Origin: Selaginella moellendorffii
Lineage: Eukaryota; Plantae; Lycopodiophyta
Assembly: GCF_000143415.4 (NCBI RefSeq)
Contig: NW_003314267.1
Coordinates: 3,347,407-3,411,406 of the forward strand
Length of the DNA stretch: 64,000 nt
Direction: 5' to 3'
Below are positions 11,918 through 23,945 of this stretch, piece by piece. Below the pieces are notes generated by a model. That model was given only the letters and a program-made list of their open reading frames with translations. It did not search any database and was not told the DNA's origin. The position numbers and the translations under genes are program-made. Each line of letters starts with the position of its first letter. Positions within the stretch are counted from its first letter, which is position 1.

Positions 11918-13739
11918 TATAAATTAATAATGCTTCTACTTTATTTCAAAATTAATTAGTTTATTTTTTTCAGTTATAATAGTAAAAATTTGCCTTCTTT
12001 TATTAGCCTAAATCCCTGTCTTATATACAAAACCAAGTGGTCCAGATTAATTTTAATCCAATAATTAAATAAATTATTTTTTATTTTCTTGGCTAGGAAA
12101 AGTCTCAAGTAAGCAAAGTTTCTTAAATCTTGGTGTGGGGAGATTGACAGCTGGAAATTGCACATGCATCTGACTAAGGGGCCCATTGGGTCTTTAGATC
12201 TTTGTTTAAATCACAATTACTCCCACTGACTTCGTGCTTCCACGTTCTTAAAAGAACTTGCCTTGCAACAGGCCATATAGTAGAATATCTACTAATGATA
12301 TGAGCCAATAAGGACAATTTCAATTGTTCCCCCTTCTTGGGTGGTACAAGGGTTGACACTTCAAGGCCCTTCAGTGAACATCTAACTTGGGTCCTCCTGC
12401 CACAATTTCACACTATGATGATTGGGCTATATTGCCAAAAGACTTGAAACAGGAGTTTCCAAAGTTGCTTACCTGGTTCTAGTACATGTAAATGATGTTG
12501 TACTATAGAGCCTTAGCTATGTCATTGGATTGATCACTCCTAAGCCTCCTAACATGCTGTTGTCTACCATGCCACCTTAGACATCTATCTACTATCACCA
12601 ATTTTCACCAGTCTTTAGATATCTTTTGACCATATTACAAATCTTGTCAAGGAGCTATATCAAAATGTGATACCAGATACAAGGAAGTACAATGCTCCTT
12701 GCAACCACCATGTTTTTTGGGAGGCTGAGTTTCTCTGGGGATCAGCATTGGATCACTGTGTGCACTCAAGTGAATAGGTCCCATCCTGTTGGGAGCAGCT
12801 GAGCCCTAAGGAATTAGCAGGGGCATTGTTCAAGAGCAATTATACAATTTGGGCACATGAGGGAATTCATGCTCTTGATATTTGCCCAAATGCATCCTTT
12901 AGCCCTCCAAGAGTTGAACTCCCACCTTCAACCATTGGAATTTCTAGGGATATTCTTGCTATTTTGCAAAAGATCCTAGATTTTCTCTATGCCAGCCACT
13001 TCTTACATGACAAATTAATAGGATACATGGTTTTCTACTACCTCTAATATAAATAAATCAACAGGATATGTGGTTTTCTACTACCCTCTAATATATACCC
13101 AAAAAAGGGATATTGTCCTAATCACCAACAAATATATTTCTGCCACATGGCTATAGCTACGCATTGAGTCTCTGCAAGAATGTTGAAGCAAGAAAATGAA
13201 GAGTCTTAGGTAGAGATTTAGACACCCAACTAGAAGGCTTATGCACCTTTCTTTTTGTCTCCAAAGGTAAGGTCATATTTAGTTGAATGCTATTGTGTGT
13301 GTGCCAAAGAGAGCAGTCAATTTGTTTTGTCCAATTGACCTAAAGCCATGCTATGGGAAGGATGGTCCACATGGGCTGATGTGGAACTCTTGATTGGATC
13401 TTGGCCTTTGCAAGGAGTGGAGATATAGTTTAGGGAATATATATTGAAATGAACAAGGAGGCTTAAATCCCATATGCTATAGATTATTTTTAGAATATTC
13501 CCATAGTACCCTCATGACCCAGCCATGGACAATAGTCTCAAGAAGCTAAATAAGCCTCATATGAAGGGAGTCTAAGGCAATACGGCTATGGAGAAAAGAG
13601 GTGCAAATAGGAATATCAACATCATGATAAACAGCTATGAAAGAAAGAAAGCAATACAGCTTTCTTGCATGACAATACAATCATGAAAACAAGAGAATAA
13701 AAATAGAACAAATGGCTCAAATCATATAGCAATATGGAT

Positions 13740-16060
13740 TCTCCCCTTCCTCAAGAATACCATCCAAGTCATAACCAAAACTCAAAAACACTCTTTTCAT
13801 ATCATCCTTAGTTTCCCATGTAGTTTTGTCCATGGAATAATCATTCCATTAAACTAAAAACTCCCAAGTTATTTTATAGCATGTTTTCACCATAAGAATA
13901 TTAGCCGGACCAGCCTTCTCAGTATCAATCTCTAAAACCTGGATGATGGACTAATTCACGACATCACTAGAGTGTAAACACACTTTAAACATACTCATAT
14001 AGAACATTGGATGAATCTTCAAACTAATTAACAAGTCCAAAGTGTAAGCAAGATCCTTGATGTACAATGGTCTCTAAGAGGAGATGGCAATGTTAAGTTG
14101 TTTCTACGGTATTGTGGGCCTTGGACAATTTTACATTACATGCAATAGTTTAAAGAAAACCTTGTTGCCAACTTTGTACTTTTGATGATGACGATGTTTA
14201 TTAGGCAATCTTTTATCTTGATCTTGAGCTTACCTCATGTTTAATTTTGCCAACTCAAACTTGCCTTAGGTACCCAAAGCAAAGCCAAAGTCAAACTCAC
14301 GGGAGATAGACTCATAGCCATACATCACCATAAATGAAGATGTGTCAATAGTCAATTGATGAGCACTATTATGAGCAAATTAAAGCAAAAGCAAGTACTT
14401 CTCAAGTTAAGTTTCCCACAAAAAACCTTAGTATATCTTTTAATAATTGATTCATACACTTTGTCTACTTATTTGATTGTGGATACTCACCACTACTCAT
14501 ACTTAGCTTAGTCTTTAGCTTCTCAAAGACGGTTTGCCAAAACTTAAATGTGAATTTAGGATCTTAATCACTCACAATATTACCAGCAAACTATAGAGAC
14601 CAACAAACTATAAAGATTGAATAACCAATTTACAAACAACTGGGCAAATTTAAAAGTTTTAATTGTCATCTTCACTAAAAAGAAGTGAGCTATCTTTGTT
14701 AAACAATCCACAATAACCCAAATAACATTATTTGCTCGAAAGGTCTTAAGCAAACTAATAATAAAGTTCATTGAGATGCTATCCCATTTATTCTTGAGTA
14801 CACGTAAAGGATGATAAAGACTAATGAGTTTCTAATGATCAACTTTAACTGCTTGGCAAGCTAAACAACTATATACATACTTTTCAACATTTCACTTCAT
14901 CCCAGGCCAAAAAAGAATGCCTTTTTACCAATATATATTTTTCAATACCCCTGAATGCCTAGCACTTGGCACATCATAACACTCAACCAAAATCTATTTG
15001 ATGAATTTATTAATATGAGGAACCACCATATGACCCTTCTTCACTAGGATTCTATCTCATATCTCGAATGACACAAACTTATCATCTTTCAAATCTCTAA
15101 AGGTGTCTTTCAACAAAACCCTTATGTAAATATTAGTGATAAAAGAGTCGAAGTTAGCAAACTCTTTAAACTCACTCAAGAGATCGTAGGATAACTTCAC
15201 AAATGAGATAGAATTTACCATCCTATATAATGTATCAGCCACCTTATTGTACTTCTATGCTTGTATTAAATCTTAATAAAGTTTGATCTATATAAATAAT
15301 ATCACCATTCCTTCACAACAACAACCACAATAGACAACTCTTTATCTTAAGTTCCATTATAGGGAATCAAATTTGTGGCTTATGTATGCAAGAGAATGCC
15401 TAACTTGAAGCAAGCAATGTCACTTTCATCCGTCTTGACCACAAAAGGCTTACCATTCATTGACCCCTTCAAAACAATCCTTGCTCTGATATCACAATAA
15501 CAATCACAACAAACAACTTTTTATCTCGAATAGGCTAATTCCACTATGTGGAATCAATTTGTGGCAAAATGATACCCAACTTCAAGCAATACAACCCTAA
15601 TAACAATATTATTTACATCTGTCTTGACCATAAGAGGCTTAGCATTTGTTAACCCCTTTAGGACAATCTTTGTTTTGATGTCTAACTTTGTGATAACAAA
15701 AACAACTACCCTCCCTTTTGTCCTTCTCTTGTTGGTCCAAACAAAATTCCTTAACCTTAGTGTTATCTTCATTCTTCAAGCCTTAATGTAGCAATCCTCC
15801 AAATATGAAATATTGGTTGGCTATAAACTAAGAATTAACTTCTTGGCTATCATAAACATTTGGTGATGACTTCCATTCCATGATACTATAATCTTTGGCA
15901 TGCTTGACATACCAATAATAATCACATAAAATTGATTTAACTCTTGAGGGTCTATGTGAAGTAAAAAAACCTTAATGAGATTAACAAAATCCTTAACTTC
16001 CTTAATGTTGTTTTGAACCTACAAAATTTAGTGATCTTGCCACACAACAACATCATCAAA
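13740..16060 (-). mobile_element. Decayed Ty3/gypsy chromovirus pol (RT end, RNase H, integrase, chromodomain)
   Basis: KPLMVKTDV..IRVVLLE (RNase H), ISMNFIISL..IWVIVDCLTKIAHF (integrase), KIHPMFYMSM, and EFLV*WNDYSMDKTTWE (chromodomain); PPT-like gaggaaggggag near 13741-13752. Confidence 0.8.
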
Positions 16061-16559
16061 AGATTCTTCCTCCTCCTCCTCCTCCAATATTAATGAAATA
16101 AATAAGGAGTGAACCTTAAACCAACCTCCTAACCATTAAGGCATTATGGCCTGCCATAGAATATTCTTAGAATATTTTTATAGGTATACACTTTATAGAA
16201 GCCAAAAGGTGTAATGCTGTACAAATTCCTCTTCAAGCACTCATCTAGCAAGTTGTGAGATAAAAACACAAAGATTCTTTCAATGAGATTGCTCAGGGAC
16301 TCCTTGTTTCTAGTGGCCCTACAATGAGATACAAGCAGAGCTCTCCAGAACACTCACTAAATACGCCAACTCACCAAGCAGGATCACTACAAAACACTGT
16401 TAATCACAGCTAAACGCTCCAAACCCTTCACCCTCCAATTCTGGTCTAGTTCAAAACAATGAGTGAATATTTTATGTAAATCACATCCAAGTTAAATGGA
16501 AAAAAAAAAAAGGTGGTGGTGCAACTTGACAACTATATTTTGCCTTTACTAGAAATAGA

Positions 16560-17664
16560 AGCTGTTGGTTGATCTTTGCTGTCTTGGTCATCATCCTAAT
16601 CTTCATAGTCTTCGAAGTCTTCATCGTCTTCACCATCTTCATCAACTATACTGTCATCATGAACGTAAAGGCTATCACCTCACGAGAACCGAAAGGGAAC
16701 CAAATTCTCGCCATCTTTTGTGATCCTGGGAAAAACAACGGGATACACCTCCTTTTTGCTGGTATCACAAGTTAGTCCAATACCATCCCGTGTGAAGATA
16801 CTAGGCAGACTTGAAAGTGGAGCAGAATTGTCATTGATATGAGTTTTGTCATAATCGTGATGCAAGTCATAAATGATGCCGAGCCCTTGATACTTGCTCC
16901 TGGCCTTGCACACAAACATATGTGCCCTGTCCATCCAAGTAATCCTTCAGGTCTGTAACCACCATCCATGGCTTAAGCATATGGTTCTTGATGTTCAAAG
17001 CTAGCAACGAAACCAGAGCCTTCCACATGCCCTTATCGTTGATTTCCTGCTCCACCCAGCCCACTGCAACAAGATCGCCAATGTGGAAGTACCTGAGCTC
17101 TAGGGGAACCTGAAAAGTGAGCTTGTACGAAAAAGTAGAGGAGCTTGAGATCTTCTCGACTTTGCCAGGTAAGTAGTCCCATCAACAAGGTAACATTCAG
17201 GTCATCTAGGTACCGAACTATTCTTGCAACCATTGCCATTCTTGTCCCTGGTTTCCAGCTAAAGGCCTCCGCCTGTACTGTCGTGGAAGGCTCTAACCAT
17301 CCCTGTCCACTAATCACCTTGATCTTCATCTGGGAAAGGAATTTCTTGCACTCCTTGACATCCATCGACTGCAGCTTAAGGTCAAGCTGACCACTGCCGA
17401 GGATACTTGGAGCACGAAAGATTAGTTCCTTTCTTCCCCCGGATAAACAAGGTCGCTACCGGTGATGCTAACTCCAGTGACAGCTCTCAGCAAACCGCCA
17501 GTCTGACCTGTTTGCCAGTGGAGAGCTTGGATAATCTCCACTGCAGGCTTTCCCACGTCGGGAGCACTGAACACCCCAAGGACCGACCCATCTGCTTCCC
17601 TGACATGGAGCAATCTAGTTTTTGCTTTCTGTGGCACAAGGTAGGACGTCATAGTTTGCATCAT
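16560..17664 (-). pseudogene. Intronless pseudogene, possibly Crinkler/CR-effector-like
   Basis: Consecutive ORF pieces broken by stops and frameshifts. KALVSLLALN...PWMVVTDLKD recalls CR-REase motifs; acidic tail. Confidence 0.3.
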
Positions 17665-18101
17665 GAAGACACCGAACTGCAGAGGAAAAAAACATTAAGA
17701 AGTCCGGCTATATCGGCATAAACGTACCCCCGCACCCCACAAGGCTATCAGAGTGTCTTGACTGTTCATTGTTGCGTGCACTAGAGTCAGGCCTTGCACT
17801 ACGACTCGCACACAAGAACACCAAAGTGACTAAGTTTACCTCGCCAGCGAGACGTGGTTCCACAGCCACAAGTGTCCAGTTTAGCGTTTTCATGTTGAAG
17901 AGGAACGTTTCATGCTTGCCTGGTACAAAAACCAGTAAATAGAGCAACAGAGAGAGAAACTACATTTTGGAGTCTAGGGTTATGGATGAGCTGCCACACC
18001 GTTGACAAGATTTATGGCAGCATTGCGCCTGTTGCCATCGGCTGCCATCGCTCACAGGTAGGGCCGCAAGCATCTCTAGAAATCCTCTCACTCTTTGATG
18101 G

Positions 18102-19677
18102 ATGATTTCTAGGTGGCAGCAGCGCATTGCGAGCGCAGGCTTTTTCACCAGAAGCTCACTCTTTGGTACTCGGCCTTCTCAAAGGGACGAGAAACACGAT
18201 CTACTGCTCACTGCAAATGTCGCGGAGGCATCCCTGCGACGAGAATTCCCCCAGCAGCACGAGAAGGCGATCGACGACGACAAGATCACTAAAGTGCTTG
18301 AGATGATCGAATCCAAGCCCGACACCTTCGAGGCTGTGAAGAAATGGATGAGGAGAGGGAACTGTTTGAGCAGCGACGTGCTCTCCACGATTTATTTCTG
18401 GCTCATGAAACGCAAGCGCTACACCGAGATCATGAAGGTACGCTGCCATCCATCTGTTTTTCTCTCATAGCTTCTTGTGTTCTTCAAACTTTGATTCCTT
18501 TCAGTTGCTAGAAGGCATTCGATGCGAGAGATTGGTGAAGTTCACCGACATGCACTGCGTCTGGGCGATTGGTGTCATCTCCCGGCGGCGAGGAATGGCC
18601 AAAGCCGAGCGTTTCTACGACAGCCTTCCAGAGAAGCTGAGGACTGACCGGGTCACAGTCGGGCTGTTTCTTAGTGTCGCGAAAGAGAACGGGCTCGCCA
18701 AGGCCGAGCAGTGGCTAGAGAAGATCCAGGTCCACACCACGGACATCCTCGACGTGATGATGGTGCTCTATCTCAACAGGGACAAGCACCACAAGGTGGT
18801 GGAGATGTTCGAGAGAATGCGGGGCTTGGGGCTCCAGCCGAGCGTGAGAACTTATCTCATGCTGCTCAAGTGCAAGGACAGGGGTGCCGGTGGATTGAAT
18901 GCAATCGAGGGAGAAGCTCTTGGAGCTGTGCAGACCATTGATGTGGAGGACTCGCCGGTTAGAACGCTCAACGACGCGATGGAAGTTTATGGCTACGTCG
19001 GGAAACAGCATGGTATCGAGGAGCTTTGGAGATCACTGAAGAGAACGAGAAGTGATATCCACCAGTCCAGCTACTTCAGCGCGATCACTGCACTGGGACT
19101 GGTTGGCGAGGTCGCCAAGGCTCGAGCACTTTGCAAGGAACTTCTAGCTGGATCGGACGAGTTTACGAAGTTTGAGCAGAATCCACACGCTCTGATGCTG
19201 GAAGTTTATGCTCGCAATGGGATGATGGAGAAGGCGGAACGTATCTTGCAAAGCAAGGAGCTGGACCGCGACTCGTTCGCTCCGTACAACAGTTTGATTC
19301 AAGGCTACATGGCAGCGAACAACATTTCAGAGGCGCTCAAGAAGCTGGACGATGGTCTTGCAGCTGTGCCTGCGAAAAGCATCAGGCTGCAGTACAAAAC
19401 GATGATGGTGCTGCTGCCAGTCTACGCAGCAAACGGCGACGTAGAGGGTGCCAAGGAGCTGATGCGGAGGTACACGAAGCTAGGTGATGCCGGAGTGTAC
19501 AACGAGTTCCTCAAGGTCTACATCTCTCGCAAGCGCCACCCCAGAGAGTTCATGGAAAGGATGCAAGCGAACGGTGTCGAAGGGAACAGGGAAACGGAGA
19601 AGCTGTTGGAGGAGCTCGACATGTCGCCAGAGGGGGTCTTCAAGAGGCAAATGAAGCAGCAGGGTATAGGGTTTTAG
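18102..19677 (+). CDS. P-type PPR protein A, copy 2 (intact, one intron)
   Basis: Same structure as 518-2093 with few substitutions. Confidence 0.88.
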
Positions 19678-19678
19678 A

Positions 19679-21281
19679 ATGTCTCGCTGGTTGTCACTCC
19701 TGCGGCAAAGGCGCCAGTGGGTGCGCGCATTTTCCAGCGAGAGCAGCGGCAGCAGCAGCGTCTCTAGGCATGCTCAGGTGCTCCCGGTGTGGCCGGTTGG
19801 AACGGAGACGAGATTCTCACAGATGATGTATGTCGGAGAAGCGGGTAAGAGCATTGATTCTTACAAGAGCGAGGACGTCTCGGACTTCTGCGTGATGCTG
19901 CTGTCCAAGCCTGATATCTTTCAGGGCCTCAAAGAGTGGGTTCGTGAGGGTAACACCTTCTCAAGCTCCTTGTTGTCCAAAGTCTACTATCGATTGGCGA
20001 AGAGGAAGTGCTACAAAGAGATTCTACAGGTAAAAAACTCATCTTTTTTTTTTTTGTCGCCTGGTGTGCTGACTGTTTCGTGCACAGCTGCTGAGGGGTA
20101 TCAGGGAGGAAAACATGGTCCAGACTACACAGACACACTACATTTGGGAGATGGCTATAACTTGTCGGCAGCAATCTACGTACGCAGCAGAGATCTTTTA
20201 CAACGATATTATTCCAGCCCGTTTCAGATCCGAGGAAGTAACAGCAGCGCTAATCTTCAGCCTCGCAAAGAGAAACGCGCTCGCCAAGTCCGAGAAGTGG
20301 ATCGAACAGATGACTGTGCTGTCTACAGATCTCCTTAACATGCTCATGGCGTTGTATTTGGACCGGGACAAGCACGACAAGGTTCTGGAAACGTACGAAA
20401 GAATGTCCAAGCTGGGGCTGGAGCCGAGTATCAACACTTACTTGATGCTGCTCACTTACAAGGACAAGGCCGGTGGTGGCCTGGAAGGAATCGAGAGAGA
20501 AGCAGAGGAAGCTGTAAAAAAGATCGATCTCGATGCAGCGCTGAGAAAAACTCTGCAGGAGACAATGGAAGTTTGCGGCTATCTCGGGAAAGCAGCCAGT
20601 GTGGAAGATATCTGGAGCAGGCTGAAGAGCTTGAGCGGCACACAGGCTTGCGATCAGTCGAGCTACCTCAGCGCCATGGCAGCCTTCGGGCGTGTCAAGA
20701 ACGTAGAAAGAGCCGAGCAGGTCTTCGAGGAGCTGCTCACGCAGGATTTGAGCAAAAGTCTAGCGAATCCACACGCTGTCATGGTCGAAGTTTACGTGAG
20801 CAACGGGCTCATGGCCAAAGCGGAGCACGTCCTGAGGCACAGGTTGAACGAGGCGGTGTTTTCTCCATACAACAGCCTGGTGAGAGGTTACATTGCGAGC
20901 GGCGACACCGAGTTGGCGCTGGCGAGGCTCAAAGAAGGCGTCGCGGCGATCCCCGCGAGACACATCCGTCCGGCTTACAAGACGATGATGGCGCTGCTGC
21001 CCGTGTTTGCTGCTCGGAGGGACATCGATGGCGCCGAGAGGATCATGTTCCACTACCGTTTCATCGGCGACGCCACCGTCTACAACGAGCTGCTCAAGGT
21101 GTACGTGGCTTGCAACGTGTTTCCGCTCGACTTCCGCAACAGGATGAAAGGGAGCGACGTCGAAGGCGACGAGACGACGGAGGAGCTGTTTGAGATGCTC
21201 GACTCTTCCCCGTCCGCGGTTGTCAAAGAGCAGAGGAGAAGGCTCTACTCGGCGAACTGCAAGCAGAAGATACCATGGTAA
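19679..21281 (+). CDS. P-type PPR protein B, copy 2 (exons 19679-20029, 20088-21281; ~514 aa), mitochondrial-type presequence
   Basis: Phase-0 GT-AG intron 20030-20087 at the same position as in A (EILQ|LLRG). PPR-like repeats. N-terminus MSRWLSLLRQRRQWVRAFSS. Confidence 0.88.
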
Positions 21282-21482
21282 ACTTCATACTCTCAGGTAC
21301 GTGAGCTACACTTCTTTCCTGCAAGGATTGTGTTGATGTTTATGTTACAGAATGGAAGAAATTCGTTTCTTCACCTGAAAAGATACCATGGTAAACTCAG
21401 GTACGTGAGCTACAACACTTCCCTGCAAGGATTGCGTTTGATGTTTATGCTACAGAATGGAAGAACCAACTTGTCTCACCTG
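21267..21482 (+). repeat. Two-copy ~110 bp tandem repeat covering the PPR-B stop and 3' UTR
   Basis: 'aagataccatggtaaact...caggtacgtgagctac...cagaatggaagaa...cacctg' occurs twice. Confidence 0.85.
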
Positions 21483-21534
21483 GACACGACGAGGTTCTCT
21501 GAAGTTTCTAGTGCGACCAGTGTCAAGAATAATG

Positions 21535-23424
21535 TTACAAGAGCGTTGCTTCCGCGGCTTTCATCGTCCAAGCGTCCAGCCTTTTCAACCGGACAGCGTT
21601 GCTGCCGTTGTTAAAGAGAAAGAGCCGAGCAGCGTCACCCCTTGCCAGCGTTGGATACACTCTGGAAGTGATGCTGATCTTCCCGCCCTGCGCAAACGTC
21701 TCCACCACCGAGTTGTCCACCAGAACTCGCAGCTCCAGCACCTCCACCTCCGCCTTCGCCACCTTGCGAAACACGGTTGGATCATCCAGGTGGACGAAGG
21801 CTCCATGCAAAGCAGCAGCGGACAGATCTTCCTCGGGATGGTTTGCCAGTGATGATCGGCTGTGATCGGCACAGACTAGAGCAACAGGGCCCTTTCTGGA
21901 TCTCCCGAGGTGGAAGAAGATGGCGGTGTGCTCGGCGAGATCTCCAGTGGCCAGCACCAGCAATCCAAACGGTCCCAGGATACCATTCACTCGAGCTCCT
22001 TTCTTCCGGCAGTGCGCGGCCGCGTTGCCAGTGCTGCTAAACTCGACGTCGAAGTTCTCCATGCTCATCTGGGTGGTGAGATCTGGAAGCTCGAAGACGA
22101 GCTCCGCGTCCAGTTGCGGAAGAGCGTCTCCTCCAACTTGGATCACGGCACCCGGCTCCAGCGTGACATCGGCCATGTGGATCCCGGGACCGATTCGCAA
22201 GCTCGCGAGTTCGTCCACTGGAAGCTGGAGTAGCAGTTCCTCCTCGTCTTCGTCGCTACCGAGCCACAACTTTCGAGGAATGCTTTGGACGGGAGGAGCT
22301 CGAGCCGCCACCTTGCTGGGAGGATCTTCCGGGAGCAACGCCCAGAGCACTCGACGATCCTTGTCAGTGTCCGCGAAAGATTTGGAGGCGAAGAAGCTGT
22401 TGCCGTGATCGTAGCGGAGCCCAAGAGTTCTTCCAGCTCCATGGTCGTCGTCTGGAACAAAGCTCCCATTCTCTGAGAAGTATCTCCCCACGGCATAGCT
22501 GTCGGATCCAAAGGTGGCGGCTGGGTCATCGCGCAAGCTCGCCTTGACGACGTGCTTGCTCTCGGAAACCTGGAAGAAATCTGGAGATTCCAAAATCCCA
22601 GCTCCTGGCATTCGCAGCAGTGGTGTCTCCAGCCTCTTCCACTCCCCGTCCAGGAAATCGTTGCTCCAGTAGACCAATCCAACGCCATCGCTGGCATTCT
22701 CGCCGCCAAGAAGGATCCGCCAAGAAGAATCCCTCCACGCGCTGCTTGGATCTCTCATCGCCACCCTTCCTCCTGCTGGAATGAGAGGGTTTTGGGCGAT
22801 CTTCTTCCAGTGCTTGAGCATGGCGTCGCCTGGATCGACCGGGACAGCGGCATTCTGTGTGGTGGCGCCATCGCTGGAGATTCCAGTGTAGAGGATCACG
22901 GGACCCTGTACGAGAAGCGTCATGGATCCGCCAAGAATTCCTTGCTCGTCGTACCTCTCTGGCCCGGGATCCAGCGCCGTGGGGAGATGCGTCCAGTGGA
23001 GGAGGTCCTTGGCGATGGCGTGGCCCCAGGAGCTCTGGTTCTTGCTCTTGGACGACGATGGAGTGGTGAATCGGTAGAAGAGATGGTAGAATCCGCGATA
23101 GAACACCGGGGCGTTTGGACTGATCATCCAGATGCTGCTGTTTGTGGGCGCCTGGAAGTGAAACCCCAGCACCATTGCTGCTCCATCCCGGGCCGATCCA
23201 GCGGTGTGGAATCCAATGCCGGGCGCACGGAAGAGAAGCGCGATTCCTCCAGCCGAGATCGCGGCCAGGAGAACGAGCAGCGACACCCAGAGGAGACGCG
23301 ACCTCGGCAGCGGGTGCGGAATCGGTCGATCCTCGTCCTCTCCGCGCTGCTGGACATCAAACGCTCTCAAAATGCGCGGCGCTGTGGAAGCGAGGAATGC
23401 GTGCTCCTCCTCTTCCTCCGCCAT
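21535..23424 (-). CDS. GH32 acid invertase-like protein, vacuolar-type N-terminal TM anchor, 629 aa, intronless; catalytic nucleophile absent
   Basis: WGHAIAKDLLHW, RDP, ASKSFAD and LVDNSVVETFAQGG..ITSRVYP present. NDPN reads ISPN; WECP reads LESP. Confidence 0.9.
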   Translation of the reverse strand: MAEEEEEHAFLASTAPRILRAFDVQQRGEDEDRPIPHPLPRSRLLWVSLLVLLAAISAGGIALLFRAPGIGFHTAGSARDGAAMVLGFHFQAPTNSSIWMISPNAPVFYRGFYHLFYRFTTPSSSKSKNQSSWGHAIAKDLLHWTHLPTALDPGPERYDEQGILGGSMTLLVQGPVILYTGISSDGATTQNAAVPVDPGDAMLKHWKKIAQNPLIPAGGRVAMRDPSSAWRDSSWRILLGGENASDGVGLVYWSNDFLDGEWKRLETPLLRMPGAGILESPDFFQVSESKHVVKASLRDDPAATFGSDSYAVGRYFSENGSFVPDDDHGAGRTLGLRYDHGNSFFASKSFADTDKDRRVLWALLPEDPPSKVAARAPPVQSIPRKLWLGSDEDEEELLLQLPVDELASLRIGPGIHMADVTLEPGAVIQVGGDALPQLDAELVFELPDLTTQMSMENFDVEFSSTGNAAAHCRKKGARVNGILGPFGLLVLATGDLAEHTAIFFHLGRSRKGPVALVCADHSRSSLANHPEEDLSAAALHGAFVHLDDPTVFRKVAKAEVEVLELRVLVDNSVVETFAQGGKISITSRVYPTLARGDAARLFLFNNGSNAVRLKRLDAWTMKAAEATLL

Positions 23425-23945
23425 AGCTACGCAAAAGCGAGCTCTAGATAGTGATTTGAAAACACCTTATTCCCAGTTTCTAGTATATACTGGTACTCTT
23501 AATAATAATTAAATATTTGAACGCATTATTATCAGATGACAGATTTGCGGTTTCTTGCGGCAAATCCAGGATTTTACTAGCCGATGCCGTAAGACTTGTC
23601 GTAATGGCGTATTTATATGAGCCTTCAATGCAGAAGGTATTCTCTTGTAGCGTTTTTCTCCTTCCTGAGTTTTCAGTTTTGGCTGGCATCAGTTTTGGAG
23701 GAAGATCTTCGGCAAAAGGATAGAATTGTAGATCTGAAACGCTTCACTACTCGTTGCTTTTGTTATCCTTGAGCTGGCGAACGAAGCCTGACGTGGATGA
23801 TGAAGGTCGAGGCAAACATAAAGGGCTAACAGACATTCACCCTTTTGTTTTTCCTTTAAATGTTTTCTTAACCATTAGTTAAGGTTTGGTTTTTGTTTGA
23901 GGAAGGAACTCTGGGAATATATTATAAAAACATATATATGTTACA

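Noticed and set aside
8350-13700. A single defined element enclosing the lectin ORF and VAMP fragment
   Set aside because: TE-like decayed sequence, but no matching termini or TSD could be identified by eye.
22552-23451. 299-aa and 303-aa (32325-33236) plus-strand ORFs
   Set aside because: Antisense shadows of the GC-rich invertase CDS.
23440-23830. Short ORFs between invertase and TPS (also 33319-33724)
   Set aside because: No recognisable homology; the copies differ by frame-independent indels.
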